NCBI GenBank assembly: GCA_002633005.1 | Contig: NMRA01000451.1 | Location: 1-64,000, forward strand | DNA from: Phoronis australis | Lineage: Eukaryota; Animalia; Phoronida | Direction of reading: 5' to 3' | DNA: 64,000 nucleotides | Part shown: positions 1-13,200 of the stretch, one piece after another | How the letters are laid out: each line of letters opens with the position of its first letter | How positions within the stretch are numbered: position 1 is the first letter of the stretch | Notes under the pieces: model-generated | Seen by the model: the letters and a program-made list of their open reading frames with translations, nothing else | Told to the model about the DNA's origin: nothing | Database searches by the model: none | Made by a program: the position numbers and the translations under genes

Positions 1-155
1 TAAGCAGCTGCGAGGAAAGCGGGTATATCGTTTTTTTTACTTCCTCGAGAGTCCGAAATGCTTAGGAAGTGGCTCATCGTATTGAAGAATGAAGTTTACG
101 CTGTAAATAGCAAGTATGAGGCCGTGAAACATCTCCGTGTCTGTGGTCTGTAGAC
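1..155 (+). pseudogene. Decayed THAP zinc-finger fragment, probably a DNA-transposon remnant truncated by the window edge
   Basis: Translates as F.LPRESEMLRKWLIVLKNEVYAVNSKYEAVKHLRVCGL*, matching the THAP pattern F..P....W......RVCxxHF; a stop replaces the HF. Confidence 0.5.
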
Positions 156-1149
156 GTCGACGGTGCCTGACGAATGCCGGCTTACAAAATAACTCCATAC
201 GTTGCGTTGTCTGAACATATTCACAGTACCTCTCTAGTATTTCTTCATCACTGTATTCCTGTTCGAATTGATTGCCTGTAAAACTTAAAGATCCACCTGC
301 GAAGTCAGGAGTGATGAGCTCTAGCTAGTCCGAAGTCGGGATTGCGAATTGCCATGTTGGCGTTTATTACTGAGCGTTCTGTTTCAAAATGAAATATTCT
401 CACCCTAACCAATACTCATATAAAACTGAAACAAATTCTGTCTCATTACATGCAATTTGTAATACATTTGGAGTGTTCGTGAGTGGAAATGATTTGAGAA
501 GCCAGCAATGAATAAATCACTGTGTTACCGGCTTTACTTTTTGTCGGGACACCGAGGCCGTTTGAGCTTATGCTAATTTATTATTTGCTGAAAGAAACTT
601 TTGTGAAACAACTCGATTTCCATCCCACGGCCAGGTGTTGAGGAAATCTTTATTTACATTTACAATACTTAAATAATGATTGTCAATGTACAACTTCTGC
701 CCTGAAGGTGCTGTGGCCAAAGCAGAACCTGAATTTGCGGCCCCCGGACGAGAAAGTAGATTTGCAGTTTCGTTGCTAATTCACCAACATATTCAAGTGC
801 ACATTACTTTGGTTCACTAGTGTAGTATTTTCTTGACTGGAAGTTTATTAGTTTCCACTGAGCTTTTGCTGGTTTATGTTCGGGATGTCTGATCAGTTTC
901 CGAGCCACTGGCCGCCGGGGATAACGAGTCAATCCGGCCGGCCGCGACCGGCCTGATCGGGCTCCGAGCCACCAATAAATCCGTAAGAGCGAAATAAAAC
1001 AACACGTTTTTATAAGAACTCGATGTATTTTTAAGGGTTTTACATCGAAGTTTGATGATTTATTGGTGTTAAACTATGACTTCAAGCGATAAGTCGACAC
1101 CAGTAACCCGTACAGACTGCGTGTGAAACCGATGACATCATTGGATAAT

Positions 1150-2670
1150 TTCATTACCTCCGTCTGCCGTCAGGTGTCAGGTAACGCAACCGTATGTGTC
1201 GTTGTGGAGTAGAAGTACTCGATCTAAATTGATACAAATTAGGTTGTTTTTTGGGTGGCATGCTCCTTTAAGAAGTGTGTTTATATGATGTTGACAACGG
1301 ACGACGATGATTTTGGGATGGATCTGACTACTCGTATGCCCCCTGTTGGCAATTTTAGTTTTTACGTTTACCTCTGTATCTTCAAAGGTCCTCAACAGAT
1401 TTTCATAAAATTTTGAATAAAGACATCTATTGGTTTGATGACGCTATCCTCCCGTTTTAGGATAGAAGCAAGCTACTTAACACCACTTAGTGGCCATTTT
1501 TCCTCTTTCCGAGTCTTTTTTGGCGTCTACCTCTCTATAAACCAAATCATTCTAAGGATGGTATCGAAAACTGGCGTATATGTTCTCAGTGTGAAGATGA
1601 CGGTTGATGATGACGACTTTGACTACTCTGTCACTTCCTAGTGGTAGTTTTGTTTAATTCTGTGCCCATAGCTGCGGTCCAATGAATAGTGTGCCCCCTA
1701 GTGGTAATTTCATTTCATTCTGTTTTCCTTTGTTTCTCTGAAGTTCCATGACCGATGTCTATGGAAGTTGGTGTTTAGCTTTCTATTAAAGAAGCAATGA
1801 CATGTTCCCGTTTTCGGACGGACTGTATGTTTTTGCACGTACCATCTAGTGGCCATTTTTATGACACAAATAAGCAACCCTAAAAGCACAGCATTTGCGA
1901 TGCATTCGTGGGTGCATTTCAACACTCCGCGTTGCTCTTGTTTACGCTAGTCTCTATGTCTAGCAAGTTCCTTGACTGATTTTCATGAAATTTTGCCATT
2001 AGGTTTCAGTTATGGAGACGACCACACTTTCCCATTTCGTGGCGTATTTCTATGTAATCTGTACAGAAACATTGCCATTGAGATGAGCAAGGCTGACATT
2101 TATTGTTGATTGGCCGATCTTCTATGGTGCCCCCTAATGGCAATTTAAGTTTTCTTTATGTATTCCTCTATATCTTGATGTATTTTCGTACAATATGGTA
2201 CCTTTGTTTCTGTGGAGGATACGAGAACAAACTGCCATTTTCGGTTGGATTTGAAATATTCTGTGCCACTAAAGGTTATTATTTCTGGCAGCAGCCTCTC
2301 TGTCCTTTAAAGTGCTTGGAAGATAGTTATGAAATTTTGCCAATGTGTTCTTATTGAGAGGATCACGATTGACAGGTTTTCTGATGAGTGCAATCACTGT
2401 GGCGTCTAAAAGAGTATTTTGTTTGTTTACCTGTGCCGCAATATCTACAAAATAGTTGTGATGAATCTGGGTGGGGGAAATTTGGTGTATATGTTACATT
2501 ATTGAGGGAAGTACGCCCGGCATAAATTTTAGGATATGTGAGTGCTGTGACGTCCTCTAGTGGTTCCGTAACTCCCAAGAATGTTGATGGATGGGATTTG
2601 GAAAATAGAAAATGACAGCGGCTGTCTTGTTTCAGATGAATTTGATGTGTGTTCCACCACCTAGTGTTTC
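1150..2670 (+). repeat. Old non-autonomous element with internally repeated CCxCTAGTGG units (Helentron/HINE-like)
   Basis: Recurrent ccxctagtgg/cctagtgg motifs (~1485, 1637, 1696, 1842, 2554, 2660); ATTACCTCCG-type 5' end; no ORF. Confidence 0.35.
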
Positions 2671-2899
2671 TTTATTTTATATATTACATATCATTAACAC
2701 CCCTTGAAGCATATTGTCAGGGGTGCAGTCGTGGGCGCTCTGCGTTTCTCCTCGTTTTGTATGATGTTGACAAAAGTTGTAGTGTGATGTAGTCTATGGT
2801 TTCATTTTTACTTTTGATCAATGATCTCGATCTCTGAAACTTAACATTGATCACCAACTTTAACACCCACACTTGTATGATACACATATGAATTATAAT

Positions 2900-3500
2900 C
2901 AACTTACAGGAGGGACACTAAAGTGTACTATCCATAGTTCGATGTCAACCATAACCAAAGGCTACGTTGTATAAATGTCCTATGAAATAGATATTGTTAC
3001 TGATTTGTTTTTTCAGTGTGTTGCAAGTCAGCTTTTCCATGAACACTTAACTTCACCGATGCCTTACTAAAAATAATTTGGCATTTTTGTAGTCTGTCTG
3101 TATTTCGAATTCGTAGCATTTACTGTATCAAAATGTTCGATCAAAATTTAACAAACTCAGTCCAAGTTCCTTGGTCAGTTGTTTATATAGATGATTCAGA
3201 ATTCTTGTGCATCCCTCCCCACACTGCTTCGAACACGAAGATGTCACCGCCTTATCCTGTCGGAATTTACCACTGCAAGCACCCCTCTAATGCCCAGATG
3301 ATTCAATTACATTCCTAGCTCTTCCTAGCCCTATATACTGTAGAATTTTCATGTACATCTCTAATTCATATTGTTTTAGTGATGTTTTAAAATCACAGTT
3401 CGAATCTTCTGGTCCATTCTCACGTGAACCTGCAACGCTTCATCGAATCTACGTTTCAGTCCTTTAGTTTGCAACCATCATCACTAAGAAGCAAGTCCCG
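2900..3500 (-). mobile_element. Possible highly decayed integrase-like remnant
   Basis: Minus-strand fragments HLGIRG and TTDQGTWTEFVKF resemble retroviral-type integrase motifs; many stops. Confidence 0.2.
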
Positions 3501-3560
3501 CTGAAAATTGTAAAAACAACTTGAAAAACGTTCACCGCAAGCACTTCTCAACACAATATG

Positions 3561-3708
3561 CAGTGGTGGATTTAGAGGGGGGCATGCCCCCCCTAAAATT
3601 CCCCCAGTTTACATTTGTCAGATGGGGGGTGCAAATGTCTGACTGGCAAAATCCTGGCTAATACTCTGCCTTGGCGCCCCCTAACTCAAAATCCTGGATC
3701 CGCCCCTG
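3561..3708. mobile_element. MITE of the CAGTGGCGGATC...GGATCCGCCCCTG family
   Basis: Terminal inverted repeats CAGTGGTGGAT / ATCCGCCCCTG; flanks ATATG/GTATG fit a 5-bp TSD with one mismatch; relatives at 45279 and 58199. Confidence 0.75.
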
Positions 3709-3719
3709 GTATGGTTCAT

Positions 3720-4600
3720 AAATACCAAACCGTTAGGTATCCGGGGTTCACATGAAAGCCGCCAGATACAGTGGGCAAACATACAGTTGCTTGAAGACGA
3801 ATCTGGCAACCAATAACTAGAGTTCAAGGAAAGGGAAACGAAAATAAAGGTTCGGCACTGGTAGCGACATTAGACCATTTAATCCAAAACTATTTGCCCA
3901 TCCGTCAGATCCGTCAAGGTGCTCCGTTACTACTTACAAAGCCTACCGATCATGGAGACCACCAAAAAGCCTACCGATCATGAAGACCACCAAAAAGCCT
4001 ACCGATCATGAAGATCACCAAAAAGCCTAACGATAATGAAAACTCCCACCTTTCTCTCTCAGCATCAACCACAGCAGAACCCTCAACTCCGAAATATTGT
4101 ACAAGGATCAATCTCTGGTAAAAAACAATAGCTTTGTTCGTGAAAAAATGGCACAAAGAGCAGGCTTCCATGGTAAGAAAAACCAACTACAGCGTAAGGC
4201 GAACCATGTGCACAAAACTCCTTCATGCAGGCATATCACCTATCACAATCATGCAGCTCAGTAGATACAAAAATAGTAAGTTTGAAAAACTATGTTCAGC
4301 TGCAACGACACAGTAGAGCAAGGTCCAACATTCTGCAAACTAAGACCCCATCAAGTACAAGTGAAAAAATCACGGTCACAGCCAACAACGCCAAACGGTC
4401 AGTGGTCATGACACTAGCACCCGATACTATCGGCGACGGTATTACACGAGCAGCAACAACGACCGTCCCAGCAACATTTGAACCTATCCAGACTACAGAA
4501 TCCATAGAAATGCAACAACGCACCTGAAACAATGCTACAAGATACATATTTGCCGGAGCTGTCATCACCTGTGGCACTTTTGACAACTTAGTGAAAACAG
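3720..4600 (+). mobile_element. Crypton-type tyrosine-recombinase transposon remnant
   Basis: RPFNPKLFAHPSDPSRCSVTTYKAY, then KTNYSVRRTMCTKLLHAGISPITIMQLSRYKNS, matching the YR C-terminal TNHSxRxT...IMxxSGH motif; frameshifted. Confidence 0.7.
3938..4029 (+). repeat. 28-bp tandem repeat, three copies plus a partial, inside the Crypton remnant
   Basis: Unit AAAGCCTACCGATCATG(G/A)AGA(C/T)CACCAA. Confidence 0.9.
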
Positions 4601-4779
4601 ACTACGCGTAGGCTGCGGCGCTCAGGTCAATGACCAAGTTTTAAGAATGAGTGTAGCTACCACATCAGGATTTCACAATGTTATAAGTATTCTTGTTGTT
4701 ACTTGTATGTTGCTCTGACGTCAAGTTTTACTTGTTTTTTTTTTGTTCGCACTCTACAGGTCGCATTTTTCGTCCGAGT

Positions 4780-7500
4780 CGCGCAAAAAATACACACAAC
4801 ATGTGGACCCGGAAGTCCTGGAAACAAGTTGTTTTTCGTCATGATCGAATTCAAAATGGCGGTCACGAAGGGTATTTTGTGTTCAAATTCAGATTCAAAG
4901 AATCGTAAAGACCGCATTTGTTCACATACAGGGCTGAAAATCGGCACGGTTATTGTAATGGACGGTTACTAGTGATGTGTCTGAAATCACTACCTTTCGG
5001 TCAAAGATAAGGAACATATTGGCCATTGCGCATGCGCACTTTGATTTCGGGACGAAAACTTTTATCCTTTAGTGGGCGCATTGATGGATCAGCTGCTTCG
5101 AAATTTTTCGAGTATTACTTTCTTGTAAATAGCAATTATAGAGTGCTGCTCAACCGGAAGTTGTTTTCAAAATGGCGGGTCTGACGCATTTTCATCTATT
5201 ATCAATCGTGCTGGTGTGCCAGTTTGAAGGAGAAGGGGATATGACATGTTTTTTGCATGTTGATTACCTAAGGCATACTCTTTCAAACGAACTCCAACAG
5301 TTTTTTTTCTCAGACTTACCATTTTTGAGTTATCCGACATTGAATTTCAAACAAAAATCAAAATTTAAGTTCTTGAAAATTTTGTGGAATTTTAGGAAGC
5401 TATTTTCTTATATAGAGTTTTGAACGGGCGCTTTCAAAATATCTTTGATTTTTTGCTAAGACGTCTTCAATGGATTCAAGATTGGGGACGTGACTTGTTT
5501 TCGAATTCAGATTTATATGCTCATAGAGGCCACAATTTTTGACGTAGACAATTGAAAATCGGCACAGTTATTGTTGCTGAGGTTCACTATAAATGTACAA
5601 GAAATCGTTTACTTGAAGTTAAAAATAGGGGAAATACTTGCCATTGCGTATGCGCACTTCAATTTTGGGAAATATGTTTTCCCTTCAGAGGGCACATTGT
5701 AAAACCAATTGCTTTGAATTTTTACTCTGCGCGTGTGAGCGCAGAGTACTGTTGTTCCTGGGTTTTCTTCAATTTTATTCTTATTCTTATTGTTATTCTT
5801 ATTACTCTGCGCGTGTAAGCGCAGAGTACTGTTGTTCCTGGGTTTTCTTCAATTTTATTCATATTCTTATTACTCTGCGCGTGTAAGCGCAGAGTACTGT
5901 TGTTCCTGGGTTTTCTTCAATTTATTCTTCTTATTCTTCATATTCTTCTTCCGACCAAATTTGAGGCTTAATAACTCCAAATTGGGTGCAGGTTTGGTCT
6001 TTAAATCCAGCATATTACTTTTGACAGTATATAAATTTTGATTGGTTATATAATCGTATTCCATATTGCACCGGAAGAGGTCGTTTGGTGCAAAGGTCAT
6101 ATAATTTTCAAAATGCTACTTCTCCTTCAGTTTTAAAGCTATCTTTTTCAAATTCGGTGCACAGGTATAAGTGAACATGGAAATTTAAAAAATTACTTCT
6201 CTAAGTAATCGGGTCATCCAATCAGGTGAAATAGGTCAAAGGTCATTAGGTGCAAACTAAAATTTTGAGCTAGACACTTCAAATTGACAGGTCTAATTGA
6301 CACTGGTAAATTAAATCGGAATCCAAAGTTTCAGGTCATTTAGTGCAAACATGGGGTCATTAGGTGCATTTTTCTTCTGAAAATTTGATCTTTTCAATCA
6401 GCAAGTATTCTGATTTGTTAAGCGTTAGACAACTGTGATTCTCAGCGTTAAACACATTTTCCATGGGCTTTGCAATAATTCTCCTAAAGATGCTTAAAAT
6501 GAACCGGATAAGGTCAATTAGTGCAAAGTTCATGTAACGTTCAAAATGTTATATCTCTTACGTTTTTCAAGGAATTCTCTTCAATTTCAGCACACTGGTG
6601 TAAGTCAACATGAAAAATGGAATACCCTACTTTATTTCACAACAGGCCTAACCAATCAGAAAAAATAGGTCAAAGGTCATTGAGTGCAAACTAAAATTTT
6701 GAGCTAGAGACTTCAGAATTACGTATCTGTTTACTAAGTGCGAATGAGTTTCAATTCTAAATTTTCAGGTCATTTGTTGTACTCATGGGGTCATTAGGCG
6801 CATTTTTCTTCTGAAAGTTTGACCACTTCATTCATCTTGTATTCTGAACTGCTTAAAGTAAAACATCTGTGATTATTAGCATTAACCACACTTTTAATCG
6901 AGTTAACAATTACTCCCTCATCGGGGCCCATAATGCACCGGAAGAGGCCAATTGGTGGAAAGGTCATCAAAAAATTAATATGTAATTTCTCCTACAATTT
7001 TAAAGAATTCCTTTTCATATTGGTAAACGGGTTGCTGTCAGTAACTTCCCATAATAATTCCAGTAATACGCACGCGCAGAGTCCGTTATTGTCACGCCGT
7101 GACAATAATCTTTCTAGTTTTAGTTGTTATTGTTTTAACTAGCTATTATAAATTGCTTCTTAACCGGAAGTTTCTTTAAAGATGACGGATCCGGCGCATT
7201 TTCACCCATTTTCAATCGTGCTGGGGTGCCATTTTAAACGGGGAGAGAAAACGAAGAGAATTTTAGCATGTAGAATCTCTGAGGCATACTCCTTCAAATC
7301 TTACGTAACAATTTTTCTTTACACTTACCTATTTTGAGTTATTGCTTTTTCAATTTCAAAGAAAACGCAAAATTTGGAAATTTTCGAAAACTCTACGGAA
7401 TTTTGCTCTGTTAGATAGAGTTTTTAACGGCTTTCAGAAGATATTTTTTATTTTTGCTAGGACGTCTACTTTTCGAATTATTCGAAATTTTCTGATATCG
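4780..7500 (+). repeat. Tandem ~0.6-kb repeat units; the second unit is interrupted by the HINE at 5722-7119
   Basis: 4900-5100 resembles 5500-5720, and 5150-5470 resembles 7160-7490 (shared ACCGGAAGT...TCAATCGTGCTGG...GGCATACTC blocks). Confidence 0.6.
5722..7119 (+). mobile_element. Helentron-associated non-autonomous element (HINE/DINE-1-like)
   Basis: 5' hairpin TACTCTGCGC..GCGCAGAGTA present three times; TTATTC/TTC microsatellite; internal ~430-bp tandem units; 3' subterminal GCGCAGAGT, hairpin TTATTGTCACG-C-CGTGACAATAA (7086-7108), then CTAGTT; T-rich insertion site. Confidence 0.75.
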
Positions 7501-8770
7501 CTGATTCTAATAATGTGGCCTGAGTAATTTCTTGGCCGGACAGTGCATTATTATTGCACAAGACTATGGCCTACTTGTTGCTCATTTCTGATATCTTCAT
7601 CCGTCATATGAATGTTATCATATTGTTCATAATTGCAGCAATTATCACCATACTCATCACTGTCGCCATCATATCCATCGTCGCCTTTCGGTTAATTTTG
7701 CCAAGTGTCGGTTCTCCAACCGCTTTCATTTAATTTTTTTTGAAATATGATAAAGTTTAATGCACAGTAACTGTCGTTTTTACACTTTTTATCAATTTCA
7801 AGTAATAAACCGTTACATTTAATACTGTAAGTTAGCAACATAACACGAAAGTACATGCACAACGGGTTGTCATTTGCCACGTAAACAGTTTGGGTGAAAT
7901 ATTTCAAAAATGCCGAAAGAAAACAGAAGAAACTCACGAATTCGATGTGGATAAACACAAAACGTACCTCTAGTGGCGTGCATGAAATAATATCCCACTC
8001 GTCGGTCTCGGTCGATGCGCGAAATAATGTCTCGTGGTTTATTATTTCATGTATGCCACTCTCGCTACGTTTTGAGTATGTACGTGTACGCTTATGCTAC
8101 TGTACACTGACATTTATCCTATGCGGTTGATAGAGGTGTGATATGGAAGAACTACTGTATTTAATGAGTATTCAATACAGATTTTCCGTATTACGGATGC
8201 CTTCTTTCTCTCCAAAATTTCCTATTTTGCAAACAATACACTACAATCACAGGCAACATGTTCGTTTGTAAGGTATCGCTTCGGTGAAAGCTCCGTGCGC
8301 AATATTTTCACATGACACCACTAGGATATGTGTTTTTAAAACTAAGCAATTGCGTGAAATGAAATATTGTTGACATTTTTTTCTTAATAAACCATGTGGT
8401 TTCACGGTGTGGAGACTTGTTCTACGTGTTTGAGGAGTATGGCGTCGTCGTGAGCAATTTCATGTAGGAATACAACACCAGTCGAACAAAACTGTCTTTG
8501 AAATGTAGAAATCGATCATATATGTAATCAGATACATTTCTTCCCAATAGCTTAACAGTCGTGACAAGCGCTGAAAGCTTCTCACATTAGCGTGACCATG
8601 AATGGCGGCCCACTGCTACTCGGTAGCCGTGGTGCTGTGAACAAAATCTGGAACATCGGTGAAAGTTTGTTACAAAATGATTCATTAAGCCGTTGATTAA
8701 ATACATTTTGTAGTGTAGGTAATATTTTATGAAGATGTGCATAAGCTACAAAAGTTTTAGCAAAAAGTGA

Positions 8771-10214
8771 GTAAGTCGGCTTTGGCGGAAGGCAAAGACA
8801 AGTGGAGACAAGATTCTCAAGGTGATTGCTCAATTTTGGACCTAGAAAAAGTAAGGAGGTTAACAACACGGACAGCCCCTTAATATCATTTTGCAGAGAA
8901 GGTGCAGCCGGGAAGAGGAAAGATGCAGGTGGATTGACTACAGCGAGTGATTGGAAGATGGTTGTGGATGTAGGGCCATTGGCAGTGTTCCCGAGCTATA
9001 TAGTGATGACGACACTCCGGCCTGACTTGGTATTAGGGTCAGATAGTACAAAGACGGTAATCATAGTAGAACTTACAGTACCATTGGAATCCCGAATGGT
9101 AGAGTCCAACGAGAGGAAAAGGCCTACATGTAAGTATGCAGAACTTTTCCACGATTTTAAAGTAGCTGCTTGGAAGTGTTTTTGTATGTCAGTTGAAGTA
9201 GGATGTAGAGGTTTTATCGGGAGCAGCATGTGGAGGTTGATGGAGTTCCTAGGTATCAGCACAGTGTCAACGAAGGATTTGTGTCAGAATATGGTCTGAC
9301 AGTATTTTTAGTTGTAATGTTTGTTATTAGGTTTGATTGGCATGGCCCCTGAGTTAAGTACAGTGATGATGTAATTTGTTTACTACAGTATTGTGTGGAA
9401 CTTTCTAGAAGACTCTAGCATGACACTGATTGATGCAGTCTGAAATATTCTAGAGACTAGTACATGTTTGTAGAATGGTCGGGTACATTCAGGAAAGTTC
9501 TAGAATGTGCTTGAATTGATGAAAAGTTCCAGAACATTTGGTTATAAATACACAAGCACGGGTTTGTGTTAGTCAGATCAAGTCATTTCAAGAGAAGATC
9601 AAGTAATTTCAAGAGAAGATCAAGTCAGTTCATCAGAAGTTCACGAAAGTTAATCAGGAGAACTAGTTGAGTAGCAGTGAAGCGAACCAGCAGTTACAGC
9701 GATAGTCTATAGAGAGCCAGCTATAGTGACAGCAGTTTATTGAATCGACGAGTGTAAGTGTTGATGAACGTGTCTCAGAAGTTCATCACAAGTCAAGGCA
9801 TCGCACCACTGGCTGGAGCACAGAACATACATTACGTCGGACGTTTTGTTTGAGTAGGCTTGTGAACATACGGTCGGGATTAATAAAGGATTAACTCGAA
9901 CCAGTCTTCAGTCAATCGTCGCACCGAAAGCTATTAGCACCGGTCTGTAACAACCTGCGCCCACCCACACACGAGGAAAACGTGACAATTTGGTGCACAC
10001 AGTGTCGGGATCTGCTGAAGAGGTGTTGTCGTGGCTATGGTTACAGCGAGACAACAGGTGGCACTCCAAGTGATAGCCGAAGCCTGATCAACTTCGGGGA
10101 CCTGGCATCCGAGATGATTCTAGATTACGGGTCGAAATTATCGATGAGGATGCATTCTAGCTGATTACAGCACTTGGAGAAGCAGCACACAAAAATAGTG
10201 ATTGAGGTAATTCA
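8771..10214 (+). mobile_element. 3'-terminal copy (RLE + 3' UTR) of the Hero/NeSL-type retroelement, split by a solo LTR
   Basis: Matches 13164-13878; encodes RPDLVLGSDSTKTVIIVELTVP..ERK..KY..VEVGCRGF, a restriction-like endonuclease. Confidence 0.85.
9282..9987 (+). mobile_element. Solo LTR (706 bp)
   Basis: TGTCA...TGACA termini; 5-bp TSD ATTTG (9277-9281 / 9988-9992); TATAAATA ~9543; AATAAA ~9882; absent from the paralogous sequence at ~13655. Confidence 0.9.
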
Positions 10215-13200
10215 ACGTCTGGACAAGCTCCAGTGACATCAAGGAAAAGGCTGGAAGAAAAACTGGAAAGGCATGTGACGACTTGGAGAGACGGTGGTGA
10301 CCTGGAGAGACGTGTGACATTCTGGAGAGACAGTGAATGGTTTGGGTTAGCAACCCATCCAGTTGACATTCATATTGCTACGTACAAGTAACCAAAGAAG
10401 AGAATACCCCCGGAGTTTCTCCGAGAGGGGGATGAAGTACTCAAGTATCAGAATACTACGGAATCAACTCGGCACGTTACAGTAATTACGACATTGATCA
10501 ACGATGACCGAGTATGCAGGGGATGTATGAGGACGTTTAAGAATTTCATGGGGTAAGAATTCATCAGTGAAAGACGAAGTATCTCCAGCGGCAACACTTA
10601 GGTGGTACTACTAGTACACGTCGGGCAGGGACGGCGTTGAAGTATTTACATCTGGTAGGGAGGAGCAGGACTCGGGGATCGTGCTACTTTTTATGTCAAA
10701 GTTGCTAACAGAAACTGGTGAGGACCGGGATCCAGGCAGCATTCCGAGGCAAAGAATTGAAGCACTATCTGAGGTGGCAACGAAGGAGCGGATTACTTGG
10801 CCAAGAGGCAATGACTCGAAGTCCTGGAGTTCTCTATTTGAAGATCTTGATGGCGTTCTAGAGGCAAATTTTAAGGAGACTGCCCACAAGAAACTGATCA
10901 CCATGACTGAGTTGGTCTACACAGTTTGCATAGATCGATTTGGCGTGGCGTCAAAGAGGAAGAGACCAACCGCGCAAGGGCCTAGCAGAAGGCATAGAGA
11001 TCAAGGAGATCCGGGTAGAGCTGAGATACCTTAAAAGGCGATGGCAGAGAGCCGAGGGTCATTAAAGGAGAGGCTTGACCTATTTAAGACTGGAGTTGAG
11101 GTGTAAACTTTTATCTTTGCAAGGTATAGAGCAGCTTAGAAAGAGGAAGCCCGAGAAGATCCGGAAGAGAAAGAAATTTCTTTCCAATCCATAAAGTTCA
11201 CGAAGGAGCTTTTTGGGAGAGAGACAAGTGGGTAGCTCAGATGCTCTAAGGAGGAGCTGGAGAGACATGTGAAGGAGGTTCACAATGACACTCGGTGCGA
11301 GGAACCTTGAGAGATTTTGACTGGATGGATGAAGAGAAATTTCCAAGTGTATCTTTAGAGGTTGGCGATTTTAAGTTCTGTGATGTCAGGAAGGTGGTAC
11401 TGAACGCCAAGTCGGGATCAGCTTCAGGCCCATCCAGGCTACTGTACTTAGTTGATAAGAATTGTCCAAGGTTATTACACCGCTTCGCCTTTGGAAGCTG
11501 TTGAGAGTGATTTGGCGCTCTAAAGAGTTGCCTTGGAGGCGGGGAAAGGCGGAAGGGGTGTACATTCCGAAAGGCAAAGGCTCTGTGAAGGTTGGTCACT
11601 TCCGTCCTATCTGGTTTATTGGATGTGGAGAGGAAAGTCTTTTTCGCTGTGCTGGCAGACAGACTAACGACATTTTGTTGGAGAACAGTTACATCAACCC
11701 CTCGGTGCTGAAGGGAGGCGTTCCCGGCTACTCTGGTTCTTTAGAACACAACTGCGTGATCACGGATTTAATCAAAGATGCAAAGAAATTAAAGAAAGAC
11801 CTGTCTGTGGTATGGCTTGACATGGCCAATGCCTATGGGTCGTTGCCACACAAGATTATAGAGAACGCGACGTGTATGTATCATTTGCCGGAAGGTCTGC
11901 GTTCTGTCATCAGCAAATATTTCACAGGAACAATAATGATATTCTCAGTTAATGGTTTCACAACAGGGTGGCAAACTTTGCAGAAGGGATCATGACAGGG
12001 TGCACAATTTCTATAATTCTGTTTGTGATGGCCATGAATGTTAGGATAAAGCGAGTATCCAAAGAGTGGAGAGGACCTTTATTGCAGAACAAGCGTCCAC
12101 AAAGTTGTCGTGCATATGTGGATTATCTCACTGTTACAACTCAGTCGTCATTTGCGGCAGGCAGGATTCTAAAAGCCTTGGGTGATCTAGCCAGGCTCGC
12201 ATGGCGTTCAAAGTAGCAAAATCAAGGAGTTTAGGGCTGTTTCGAGGGAAGATTAACCTACATTTTGCTTTGAATGTGGTTGAAAATGTGATACCTTCGG
12301 TGTCTGACAAGTCAGTGAAGTATCTGGGGAAAGAGTATGATGGCACATTGAAGGATTGACACCATGTAAAAGCGGCGCTGAAAAGTTTACAGGAAAATTA
12401 TCAGGATAGTGAATTACCTGGTCGCCTTAAGGTGTGATGTTACCAGTTTGGCCTATTCCCAAATGCCATGTGGCCTTTGGCAGTGTACGATCTACCTACA
12501 TGTATTACACCAGCAGAGAGGATGGAGCGCTTGGTCAGCCGCTGGTTGCGCAAGTGGTTAGGCATCCCCCAAGATTCACCAAGTTGGGCCTGTACATGAG
12601 GTCTTCAGCAGTAAACCTAACTACACGATCTATTGTGGAAGAGTTTAAAGTCGTTAAGTGTAGGCTTTTCCTGACTCTGTGGGACTCGCAGATAAAAATA
12701 TCAGTGGTGTTAAGATTGACGTTTTTGCAGGAAGAAAGTGGAGTTCAGAGGAGGAAGTGGAGAGCAGAGAGCAGGATTCACCATAAATATTTGGTGGGGG
12801 CAGTTTCTAGAGGACGTGAAGGCCTTGGCTTGAAAACGTTTAAGAGGTGGAAGACAACTAGAGGGAACGATCGTTGTTCTATGGTGTTAGACGACGTACG
12901 TCACCAGGAAGAGGAGAAGCACTTTTCTCATGCTGTGGGTTTGAGAAAGCAGGGCGCATGGACAGCATGGGAAGGAGTTCACAGTAAGCTCATTACAGCG
13001 AACGACCTGACTTCGTGTGACCAGTGTAGATTAAGGTTTTTCTGCGTTCTGTGTATGACCTACTTCCTATTCCGACAAACCTGAAGTTATGGGGAAGGAG
13101 TGAAGACGATTCTTGCGGCAGTTGTGGGGAGCGCTGCACTTTACAGCACGTTTTGTCATTTTGTAAGTCGGCTTTGGCGGAAGGCAAGTACAAGTGGAGA

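Noticed and set aside
9988-9996. TGGTG after the LTR as a primer-binding site
   Set aside because: It is the TSD plus host retroelement sequence that continues in the paralog
10090-10180. Hammerhead ribozyme in the Hero-like 3' UTR (GAAA and CTGATGA-like motifs; also ~13790-13835)
   Set aside because: I could not build stem II or consistent pairings in both copies; an Infernal/RNAMotif search would be needed
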